The translations under genes were made by a program, and so were the position numbers. From the NCBI GenBank assembly GCA_045565285.1, contig JBJLFR010000010.1, forward strand, positions 3,344 through 67,343: a stretch of DNA of 64,000 bases, read 5' to 3'. The notes beneath the pieces are model-generated. The model had not been told where the DNA came from. It saw only the letters and a program-made list of their open reading frames with translations, and made no database searches. Position 1 is the stretch's first letter; every line of letters starts with the position of its first letter. Below, one piece after another: positions 37,902-46,829 of the stretch. The DNA comes from Paracoccaceae bacterium. GTDB lineage: Bacteria; Pseudomonadota; Alphaproteobacteria; Rhodobacterales; Rhodobacteraceae.

Positions 37902-38795
37902 TTGGAAAAAATGGAAAAAAAAACCAAAATTGATACATTTGGTGCAATTGCATTAATCTCTTTTTCTTTATTACTTGGCATAAATCATGTTGTAATAAAA
38001 ATTGTAAACTTAGGCTTAAATCCAATATTTTTTGCTGGAATTAGATCTTTTATTGCATTTTTCTTTATAGTTTTATGGATGAAATTGATGAAAAAACCTA
38101 TTGTTTTTCATAGAGAAAATCTAGTTATAAGTTTATTAGCTGGGTTAATTTTTGCATTAGAGTTTTTATTCTTATTTTTAGCATTAGATTTCACAAGTAT
38201 TTCCAGAAATTCTATAATTTACTACTCAATGCCATTATGGCTTACCATTTTACTTTATTTAATAAAAAATAATGAAAAAATATCAATTATAAATTTAGCA
38301 GGACTAATTTTAGCTTTTTTAGGTGTTATAATATCGATCACTAATTCTAATACAAATTTAATTTTTAATTATGCATATTTAATAGGAGATCTTTTAGCAT
38401 TTTTAGCAGCATTATTTTGGGCATTACTTATTATAATTGCTAAAAGTTCAAATTTTAGCAAAGAAACACCAGAAATGCAGCTACTATGGATGGTCATGGT
38501 TTCAGGACCAATTTTGACCATTTTTTCATTTTTTGTTGAAGATCCCATTCGTGATTTTCAAGTAATTCATATTTGGGGTGTTCTTTTTCAATCTATTATT
38601 GTTGTAGCTGGGGGATTTTTATTTTGGTTATGGTTATTATCAAAATACCCTGCTTCAGGTGTGGCAAGTTTTTCCTTTTTAACACCAATATTTACAATTT
38701 TCTTTGGATGGATAATTTTAAGTGAAATCATGACCACTAATTTTTTAGTTGCTGCTTTTTTTGTTATTATAGGGCTAATTTTAATTAATAGATAA
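37902..38795 (+). CDS. DMT-superfamily (EamA-like) transporter
   Basis: 297 aa, 10 TM segments. TTG at 37902 or ATG at 37911. Confidence 0.7.
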   Translation: MEKMEKKTKIDTFGAIALISFSLLLGINHVVIKIVNLGLNPIFFAGIRSFIAFFFIVLWMKLMKKPIVFHRENLVISLLAGLIFALEFLFLFLALDFTSISRNSIIYYSMPLWLTILLYLIKNNEKISIINLAGLILAFLGVIISITNSNTNLIFNYAYLIGDLLAFLAALFWALLIIIAKSSNFSKETPEMQLLWMVMVSGPILTIFSFFVEDPIRDFQVIHIWGVLFQSIIVVAGGFLFWLWLLSKYPASGVASFSFLTPIFTIFFGWIILSEIMTTNFLVAAFFVIIGLILINR

Positions 38796-38810
38796 GAATT
38801 TTAGAAGAAA

Positions 38811-38957
38811 TTAATAATTTTTATCTACTGTTTTCGAACATAAATAAGGATTTGTTTCCAAACTACTACATATAATCATAGCTGCATCATTTCTAATTTT
38901 GCTACATCCAAAATTCAATAAGGTTATCAAAATTATAATTATAATTTTTTTCTTCAT
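38811..38957 (-). CDS. small lipoprotein (48 aa)
   Basis: ORF below the track cutoff: MKKKIIIIILITLLNFGC/SKIRNDAAMIICSSLETNPYLCSKTVDKNY, with the lipobox 'LNFGC'. 147 nt in frame, ATG to TAA. Confidence 0.45.
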   Translation of the reverse strand: MKKKIIIIILITLLNFGCSKIRNDAAMIICSSLETNPYLCSKTVDKNY

Positions 38958-38996
38958 TATATTGCCTTTTGGTTAAGTTATAACCAATTTTTAAAT

Positions 38997-39980
38997 TTAT
39001 GTATAGATATCTTTTTTTAAACATGATTTCCACATTCCCGTTCTAAAAAATCGTTGAAATCTCCTAATATTTTTTGGTTTTTTTTGGTTTTTAAAAATAT
39101 GATCCCAATCAGTTTCAACTACGTCTCCAACATAGATATTTCCTAGTGAGTCATAAGCAATAGAATGAGGTGAAACAAACATTCCTGGTGCCAGACCAGG
39201 CTTTCCTTCATTACCAATTCTGTATAACAAATCATTTTTAGAGTTAAAAATACTAAGATAAGGACCTAGATTTGGAAAATTCTTGTTTACTTCAAGATAA
39301 GATGCTAATTCACTAACTATTATATCTGGATTAAAACCTGGTGTTATTGCTAAACCACTTGGTCTATGCATATTGACAATCTGTTTTTCAAATTTACCAT
39401 TTGAATTAAAAATCTGAACTCTTGAATTTTCTCTATCTGCTACATAAATAAATCCATTTTTATCACAACATACATTATGAGGTAAGTTAAATTCACCTGG
39501 AGATGCCCCCGGTTTTCCCCAAGACTTTATATGTTTTCCATTTTGATCAAAAATATGAATTGCTGCATTCCCATAACCATCTGAAACTATAATGTTTCCT
39601 TCAGGTGACAAAGCTGAGTGAGTACACTTACAAAATGGTTTTCCACTCATAAAACCAGAATTAGTATCAGGAATTCCAATTTGTAGAAGTAATTTTCCAT
39701 CTAAAGTAAATTTTCTAACTGTATGGTCACCATTATCAGTTAGGTAAATATTTTGGTCAAAACCAATATGTGAACCATGAGGGTTTTTAAAAATTCCATG
39801 CCCCCATGTTCTCAATAATTCACCTTTTTGATTAAGTACAATAATAGGGTTTTTGCTTCTATTAAATAAATAAATATTATCTTTATTATCAACAGAAATT
39901 CCTGCAACATCCCCTAATTCTATAAAATTAGGTAAATTAGGTTTAAAAGTATCAGGTTTGAATTTATAATTACTATACAA
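38997..39980 (-). CDS. NHL-repeat beta-propeller protein (peptidyl-alpha-hydroxyglycine lyase-like)
   Basis: 327 aa with a TTG start. Repeated 'IYLTDNGDHTVRKF', 'IIVSDGYGNAAIHIF', 'IYVADRENSRVQIF' and 'IYVGD' NHL blades. Confidence 0.65.
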   Translation of the reverse strand: MYSNYKFKPDTFKPNLPNFIELGDVAGISVDNKDNIYLFNRSKNPIIVLNQKGELLRTWGHGIFKNPHGSHIGFDQNIYLTDNGDHTVRKFTLDGKLLLQIGIPDTNSGFMSGKPFCKCTHSALSPEGNIIVSDGYGNAAIHIFDQNGKHIKSWGKPGASPGEFNLPHNVCCDKNGFIYVADRENSRVQIFNSNGKFEKQIVNMHRPSGLAITPGFNPDIIVSELASYLEVNKNFPNLGPYLSIFNSKNDLLYRIGNEGKPGLAPGMFVSPHSIAYDSLGNIYVGDVVETDWDHIFKNQKKPKNIRRFQRFFRTGMWKSCLKKDIYT

Positions 39981-40126
39981 CTAAAATCCGATCTAATTTT
40001 TTTTGTTTTTATAAAACATAAAAATCTTAAAAATAAAATATATATATATGTAAATGAAAATAATAATTAGATTTTATAATATTTGCATGTTTTAATAAAC
40101 TATATTGATTTTTACTAATCATTACT

Positions 40127-40984
40127 ATGGAGAAAAGATTGTTTGGTTTATCTGTAGCTATAGCTACACCCTTTGATAAAAATGGTAAGATTGAGCTTGG
40201 TGAATTTGGAAATCATGTATTTAATCTTTTAAATTCGAATGTTAATTCGATTACTTTTTTTGGTACCACAGGTGAGGGACCATCAATAAGTTTCGATGAA
40301 AAAATAAATAGCCTTGATTATTTATTAAAGAGAAATTTAAAATTAGAGCATGTTATTGTATCAATTATAGTTTCAAGTTTTGAAACTGCGAAATTTGAAG
40401 TTGAAAAATATAATGAACTCGGAATTAGAAATTTTTTGATAGCACCACCCTTTTTTTTTAAAGAACCTTATCAAATAGCACTAGAAAATTGGTTCGCAAG
40501 TGTATTTTCTAGTTCAGGAAATAAGAATAAATTTTTTTTATATAATATTCCACAAATTACAAAAATAAAAATTACATATGAATTAGTAAAAAAATTACGA
40601 AAAAGATTTGGCACTAATCGAATAGTTGGAGTTAAAGATAGTTCTGGAGATATGGAGCAAACATATAAATTTTTAAAATTGAAAGATATTATAATTACAG
40701 TTGGAGATGAAAGGTTAATTGCCCTAGCAATGAAATCTGGAGGTGCAGGTTCTATCTGTGGATTATCGAATATATATCCTGAAATATTATTAGATATAAT
40801 TCACAATAAAAAAGATAATCCAAAAATTTTAAGAATAGTAAAGCAAATATTAAAATATCCTGTAGTACCAGCAATAAAATCTTTAATTTCAATTAAGACA
40901 AAAAATAAAATTTGGTTAAATGTAAGACCACCCTTAAATAATTTGTCTGATAAATCGGTAGAAAATTTGAAAAAAATTTTTTAA
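40127..40984 (+). CDS. DapA/DHDPS-family class I aldolase/lyase
   Basis: 285 aa. 'FGTTGEGPS' and the Schiff-base Lys in 'IVGVKDSSGD'. Confidence 0.7.
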   Translation: MEKRLFGLSVAIATPFDKNGKIELGEFGNHVFNLLNSNVNSITFFGTTGEGPSISFDEKINSLDYLLKRNLKLEHVIVSIIVSSFETAKFEVEKYNELGIRNFLIAPPFFFKEPYQIALENWFASVFSSSGNKNKFFLYNIPQITKIKITYELVKKLRKRFGTNRIVGVKDSSGDMEQTYKFLKLKDIIITVGDERLIALAMKSGGAGSICGLSNIYPEILLDIIHNKKDNPKILRIVKQILKYPVVPAIKSLISIKTKNKIWLNVRPPLNNLSDKSVENLKKIF

Positions 40985-41066
40985 ATCTTAATAAGAAAAT
41001 ATTCATTTATATTGAATTAAATCTTAAAAACTGCAATCCTAGTTTTATTTTAAGGAGAAAATACAA

Positions 41067-42077
41067 ATGAAATATTTTACATCAAATTTATTAATTAAAT
41101 TTATAATGCTAATTACTTTAAGTTTTCTAAGTTTTGTTACATCGGTGTTCGCGGATGGACATGTAACATTAAGAATGTCCACGCCTGCTTCTGCCACTGA
41201 CCAGAGAAGTATTGCTTTGGAAAAAATATTTGCTCCAGCTGTGTCTGAGTTTGCAAAATATGAACCCCATTATAATGCATCGTTAATTAAACAAAATTCA
41301 GAGCTTGAAGCAATTGCTTCAGGTGATCTTGAAATGTCTATTACTTCTGCCCAAGAATTAACTCAATTCTTTCCTGAGTTTTCAATACTTGCTACAGGTT
41401 ATGTTCATCAAGATGCAGCGCATCAGGTAAGGGTTTTTAATGATTCACTGATGGACCCTTTTAAGGCTAAGGTTGAAAAAGAACTTGGCGTTAAACTTCT
41501 AAGTATTATGTATTTAGGAAGAAGACATGTAAACCTTCGTCAATGTAAGGATGAAGTTAATGTTCAAACACCTTCAGATTTGGCAGGAATTAATCTTAGA
41601 ATGCCAGGTACGGATGCATGGCAATTTTTAGGAAAAGCTTTAGGAGCTAACCCTACTCCAATGGCTTTTACAGAAGTTTATACTGCTCTACAAACAAAAT
41701 CTGTGGATGGTCAAGATAATCCTCTTCCAACAGTTGTAGATGCAAAATTTTATGAAGTGACTTGTCAAATTGCACTTACATCTCATTTAGTTGATCTTAA
41801 TTATGTTGCATTTTCTAAAGCAGTTTGGGATAAATTAGATGCTAATCAGCAAGCAACTGTTGAGAAAGCAGCCATCGATGCCGCTGAAAGTGCTCGTCAA
41901 ATACAACTTCAAAAAGAGAATGATTTGGTTTCATTTTTGAAAGAGCAAGGCTTAGAAATTTATGAACCGAATCTTGCTGCATTTAGAAGCCACGTTCAAA
42001 AAATGTATCTTGAAACTGATGCATCTGATCCGTGGCCAGATGGAGTATTAGATAAGATTAATTCATTAGGTAATTAA
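41067..42077 (+). CDS. dctP: TRAP transporter substrate-binding protein (DctP family), system 2
   Basis: 336 aa with a signal peptide and AAGGAG RBS. DctP-like 'NLRMPGTDAWQFLGKALGANPTPMAFTEVYTALQTKSVDGQDNPL'. Confidence 0.85.
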   Translation: MKYFTSNLLIKFIMLITLSFLSFVTSVFADGHVTLRMSTPASATDQRSIALEKIFAPAVSEFAKYEPHYNASLIKQNSELEAIASGDLEMSITSAQELTQFFPEFSILATGYVHQDAAHQVRVFNDSLMDPFKAKVEKELGVKLLSIMYLGRRHVNLRQCKDEVNVQTPSDLAGINLRMPGTDAWQFLGKALGANPTPMAFTEVYTALQTKSVDGQDNPLPTVVDAKFYEVTCQIALTSHLVDLNYVAFSKAVWDKLDANQQATVEKAAIDAAESARQIQLQKENDLVSFLKEQGLEIYEPNLAAFRSHVQKMYLETDASDPWPDGVLDKINSLGN

Positions 42078-42100
42078 AATATAGTTAAGCACAAAATTCT

Positions 42101-42692
42101 ATGAGAAATATTCAAAATAGAATTATTCAAGCTTTTGAACTTGTGGCGGCCATAATGATGGCCGCTATGTTTGCAACGTTTATTCTCCAAGTAACAATTA
42201 GATATTCTGCACGTAAAGAATGGATAAGAGATATTTTTTCCTATTATGGATCCGACTCTATATGGTTGGACACTTGATTTCTGTCTTTTAATGTGGATTT
42301 GGATGGTTTTTTGGGGAAATGGACTAATTGTTCGACAACGTGATCACGTAATTTTTGATATGTTATATACTAGTGTATCTCCAATTTTACGTAAATGGCT
42401 GGCAATTTTAAGTGCTTTAATAATATCATTTACATTACTAATTGTTATTGAGCCCACTTGGAGTAAATTTTTTATCCTTAGATTAAAAAAAACTGCTACG
42501 CTTTCTAATGTTTTTGGTGATTGGATAAGGGTTAGAGATATTTATTTAATATTTTTTATTTTTTGTATAGCAGTTTCATTCAGATATCTTTATAGGGCTT
42601 TTTTTATATTTAAAAACGGCGCAGAATTTGACTTAATTTATTCAAATAATGATGGAATTGATTCATCAAATGAGAATAAAAATGTCTTATGA
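42101..42692 (+). pseudogene. dctQ: TRAP small permease (DctQ family), system 2, interrupted by a 1-nt insertion in a T6 run (or sequencing error)
   Basis: The ATG at 42101 gives 'MRNIQNRIIQAFELVAAIMMAAMFATFILQVTIRYSARKEWIRDIF' and then stops at codon 58. With one T fewer in the T6 run at 42234-42239 it reads on into '...PIMDPTLYGWTLDFCLLMWIW...' (ORF 42246..42692). The span is 592 nt = 3n+1. Confidence 0.75.
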
Positions 42693-43978
42693 GTTTTTTA
42701 TATGTTTAATAATTTTGTTTAGCTTATCTGCAATAGGAACCCCTATAGCATATGCAATTTTTGTAAGTTCTTGCGCTTATTTATGGGTTGGTGGTCAGGG
42801 AATAGGTTTAGCAGGAAAAATAATATTAGATGGATTATATAGTAGTTTTATATTACTCGCAGTTCCTTTATTTATAGTGGCAGCTAATATAATGAATGCT
42901 TGGTACCATTAGTGATCGTCTTTTAAGGTTTTGCGTAGCCGTAGTTGGTAGATTTAAAGGTGGATTAGGTCATGTAAATGTAGTTGCTAGCATAATTTTT
43001 TCTGGTATGTCTGGTTCAGCAGTAGCAGATGCAGCTGGTATTGGAAAAATCATAATAAATATGATGGTGAAATCAGGGCATTATACAAGAGGATATGCTG
43101 CTGCTATTACAGCAGCATCCGCAACAATTGGTCCAATAATACCTCCATCTATACCAATGGTTTTGTATGCTTTAGTATCTAATAGTTCAATAGGCTACCT
43201 TTTTCTTGGGGGAATAATTCCAGGAATAATGATGGGGGCAGTTCTAATGGCTATGAATAGTTTTATAGCTATTAGAAGGGGTTATGAGCCTGAAGAATCT
43301 GTTCCTATAATGAAACTTCCAGGTATTACTTTTAATGCATTTCCTGCATTATTAATGCCTATTATTTTATTATATTGTATATATGGAGGAGTGACAACTC
43401 CTACTGAGGCAGCAGCAGTTGCTGCCTTTTACGCTCTTCTATTAGCTTCTATATTTTATAGAGCACTATCATTTTCAAATTTTTATAAAATTTTAGTTGA
43501 ATCAGCTCGTTCATCTTCTGCAGTGGGGTTAGTAATTGGAGGAGCTTTGATTTTAAATTATATTGTAGCATCAGAAAACATACCTCATATTATTGCCGGC
43601 TATCTTGTTGGATTAGATGTTTCTCCACTATTTTTCCTTATTTGTGTAAATATTTTAATATTATTATTAGGTTGTATACTTGACGCAACTACTCTTATAT
43701 TAGTAATTATCCCACTTTTTTTACCTTCATGTAGGGAGTTAGGAATAGATTTTGTTCACTTTGGAGTAGTTTCTGTAGTTAATTGTATGATTGGTTTAAT
43801 TACTCCACCATACGGAGTTTTATTATTTGTAATAAATGCTGTATCCCGAATTCCATTAGGAGAAATTATTAAAGAAGTAATACCTTTTTTATTAGTATTA
43901 ATAGTTGCCCTTTTTGTTATGGTTTCTTTCCCTGATTTAGTATTGTGGTTACCAAGGAAATTTGGATATGAAGGATAA
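42682..43978 (+). pseudogene. dctM: TRAP large permease (DctM family), system 2, interrupted by a +1 frameshift (or sequencing error)
   Basis: The N-terminal frame ends '...AVPLFIVAANIMNA' followed by WYH-stop. Skipping T42901 reads 'GTISDRLLRFCVAVVGRFKGGLGHVNVVASIIFSGMSGSAVADAAG...', the conserved DctM core (ORF 42896..43978). The joined product is ~431 aa. The likely start is the ATG at 42682, overlapping dctQ. Confidence 0.8.
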
Positions 43979-44035
43979 TTGCAGTAAAAAAAAAAAAATT
44001 AAAATAATAAAATAAAAAAAAAAAATGATACAGAT

Positions 44036-44905
44036 ATGAACTCTATCCTTGTAGTTGGTTTAGTAACAGTAGACTTAATTTACTATTTAAATAAATTACC
44101 AGATAAAGGTATTAAATATGTTTCAGAAAAACAAATTCTATCTACAGGAGGCAATGCAAGTAATGCTTCTATTGCTATATCAAGATTGGGTGGATCAGTA
44201 ACATTCATTAGCACAATAGGAAATGATTTTTTTGGGAATTACATTTTAAATGAACTTAAAAGGGAAAATATTGATACTAACAATATAATAAAAAAAAATA
44301 ATATTAATACGTCAAATTCATGTATAACTATAGATGATAAAGGCGAAAGACAAATAGTTAATTTTCGATCAAAAGAATTAGATTTCACTGATAATCATTT
44401 TATTAAAAAAAATATTTTTGATGCTTATCTAACAGATGGTAGATTAGAAAATGCAAGTATTTTTATTTTAAAAGAAGCAAAAAAAAATAATAAACCTGGT
44501 ATTCTGGATGCAGAAAACCCAGTAAACGAAAATGCAGTAAAAGAAGCTTCTCATATTGCATTTTCTTTACAAGGATTAGAATCTTTTACAAATACCTCAT
44601 CAATAAAGGATTCCTTAAAATTAGTAAAAAATATCTCTAATAATTTTTCTTGTGTTACTGATGGAGAAAATGGTGTTTTTTTTCTAGATGAAGATGAATT
44701 AATTCAACTAAAGCCCCCCAAAATTGATGTTATTGATACACTTGGGGCAGGGGATGCATGGCATGGTGCATTTACATTAGCAATTTCATTAAGAAAACCA
44801 CTATTAGACGCATGTAAATATGCAAATATAGTAGCGTCAAAAAAATGTGAAAATTTAGGAGGTATAAAAGGATCACCTTATAAATTTGATAATGATTTTA
44901 TTTAA
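44036..44905 (+). CDS. PfkB-family carbohydrate/sugar-acid kinase
   Basis: 289 aa. N-terminal 'GGNASNASIA' and the C-terminal 'DTLGAGDAWHGAF' PfkB signature. Confidence 0.8.
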   Translation: MNSILVVGLVTVDLIYYLNKLPDKGIKYVSEKQILSTGGNASNASIAISRLGGSVTFISTIGNDFFGNYILNELKRENIDTNNIIKKNNINTSNSCITIDDKGERQIVNFRSKELDFTDNHFIKKNIFDAYLTDGRLENASIFILKEAKKNNKPGILDAENPVNENAVKEASHIAFSLQGLESFTNTSSIKDSLKLVKNISNNFSCVTDGENGVFFLDEDELIQLKPPKIDVIDTLGAGDAWHGAFTLAISLRKPLLDACKYANIVASKKCENLGGIKGSPYKFDNDFI

Positions 44906-44971
44906 TATAAATTGTATAATGTTTTTTCTAAACTTATAAATTTTAAGAATTAATAGTTATTTGAGTATTAG

Positions 44972-45859
44972 ATGAGAGGAATTGTTCCTAGTTTAAATAC
45001 ACCTTTTACAAAAAAAGGTGATATAGATTTTGAATCATTAGCAAAATTAGTGAAACATACTATTAATAGTGGATGTGGTGGTATGCTTGGACTAGCAGTA
45101 GCTGGGGAAAATCAATTTATTTCATTTTCAGAAAAAATTGAATATATCAAATTAGTAAGTAATATTAATAAAGAAAATTTACCATTTATTGTAAGTATTA
45201 GTAATTTAGAATATGAATTAAGTATTAAATTGTCCAAAATTGCCAAAAAAAATAAAGCGTTAGGGATCTGCATTCAAATCAATCAAAATGATAAATTTTC
45301 TGAAAATTTAAAATTACTAAAAGAAATAGCTAATGTTGGTCCAGAAATTATAATGATTCAAGATCTAGATTGGAATAGTAATGGTCTTAGCCAAAATTAC
45401 ATACTAGAATTATTTGATCAAATAAAAAAATTTTGCTGGCTGAAAATTGAAACTACTAATGCAAGTACAAAATATACAAAAATTAAAAAAATAACCAATA
45501 ATAAGTTAAATGTTTGTGGTGGATGGGCAGTAACTCAGTTAATTGATGCCTTAAATAGAAATGTTGATGCATTTATTCCCACTGGTTTAGAATTTTTATA
45601 TGTTAAAATTTATAACCTTTATAAAAATGGTTATGCTTATGAAGCAAGAACTTTATTTAATGAGATTTTGCCAATAATTAATTTTTCAAACCAAAATATT
45701 GATATAAGTATTAAATTTTTTAAAAAAGTTCGTGTCCAAGAAAAAATATTTTCAAGTAATTTTTGTAGAAATAAAAAAGCTAAATTTGATATTTTTCAAA
45801 AAAAAGAGGCTAAAGAAATGTTGAATTTAATTACAAAGTTAAATCAAAGATATATATAA
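44972..45859 (+). CDS. divergent DapA/DHDPS-family protein
   Basis: 295 aa. 'GIVPSLNTPFTKKGDIDFESLAKLVKH' and 'GLAVAGE' are DHDPS-like N-terminal motifs. It is more divergent than the 40127 paralogue. Confidence 0.55.
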   Translation: MRGIVPSLNTPFTKKGDIDFESLAKLVKHTINSGCGGMLGLAVAGENQFISFSEKIEYIKLVSNINKENLPFIVSISNLEYELSIKLSKIAKKNKALGICIQINQNDKFSENLKLLKEIANVGPEIIMIQDLDWNSNGLSQNYILELFDQIKKFCWLKIETTNASTKYTKIKKITNNKLNVCGGWAVTQLIDALNRNVDAFIPTGLEFLYVKIYNLYKNGYAYEARTLFNEILPIINFSNQNIDISIKFFKKVRVQEKIFSSNFCRNKKAKFDIFQKKEAKEMLNLITKLNQRYI

Positions 45860-45897
45860 AAAAAGTAATAATTAATAAAAGTAATTTAAGGTTTTTA

Positions 45898-46789
45898 TTA
45901 TGAATTTTTGACTTTATCTAGGGAATTATACTGAGAGTAAATTTTATAATATTTATTAAAACCGACAGTTTCTCTTATTTCTTTAAAGTTTAATAAAAAC
46001 TCATCGGTTGATTTATTTTCTTTAAGTTGTTGCAATACATTTTTCATTGCATACATCGATGCGGCTAATAGTGTTAATGGATGAAAAGCAATATTGTACC
46101 CTATTGCTTTCATTTCATCTAATGAAAGAATTGGAGTAAGCCCTCCTTCTAACATATTAATAATTTTTTTTTCCAGGAACTTCCTTACATATGACTTTCA
46201 TTTCATCCAAATTTTTTGGAGCCTCTATAAATATAACATCTGCTCCTAAATTAAAATACTTTTGCCCTCTATCTATAGCTTCATTTAGACCATGAGTATG
46301 ATTAGCGTCAGTACGAGCAATAATAACAATATCACCTATTTCTTCCCTTACTTCGGAAACAGCTTTTATTCTATCATAGGATTCTTCTCTACTTATTATC
46401 TCTTTTCCTGGAGTATGACCACAGCGTTTTGGTAAAACCTGATCTTCAATAATTATCCCTGCACAACCTAATTTTATAAATTCAGTAGCGGTTCTTCTAA
46501 CATTCATTATATTACCGTATCCATTATCGGCATCTACCACTAAGGGTATAGAAATAGACTCTTTTACATTTTTAGCTTGATCATAAACCTCAGAATAAGA
46601 AATAAGTCCTAAATCAGGCATGCATAATCTTGTAGCAGCTACTGAGAACCCAGATAAAACTGTTAACTCAAATCCTGAATTTTCAACTATTTTAGCAGAA
46701 AGCGCATCAAAACAACATGGAGCTGAAATAAATTTATTATCTTTTAAAAGCTTTCTAAGTTTTTTGGCTGAATTATTTATATTTTTCAT
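45898..46789 (-). pseudogene. isocitrate-lyase/PEP-mutase-family enzyme (PrpB / carboxyvinyl-carboxyphosphonate phosphorylmutase-like), broken in an A9 run (or sequencing error)
   Basis: The 210-aa part carries 'CFDALSAKIVENSGFE', 'DADNGYGN', 'IEDQVLPKRCGH' and 'ARTDA' and ends '...EVPGKKNY*'. With one A fewer in the coding-strand A9 run (plus-strand T9, 46164-46172) it reads 'GKKIINMLEGGLTPILSLDEMKAIGYNIAF...' into ORF 45898..46155. The span is 892 nt = 3n+1, giving ~296 aa when joined. Confidence 0.8.
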
Positions 46790-46829
46790 ATAAAATCTTT
46801 CAAAAAAAAATTATAAATGGTTCTATTTT

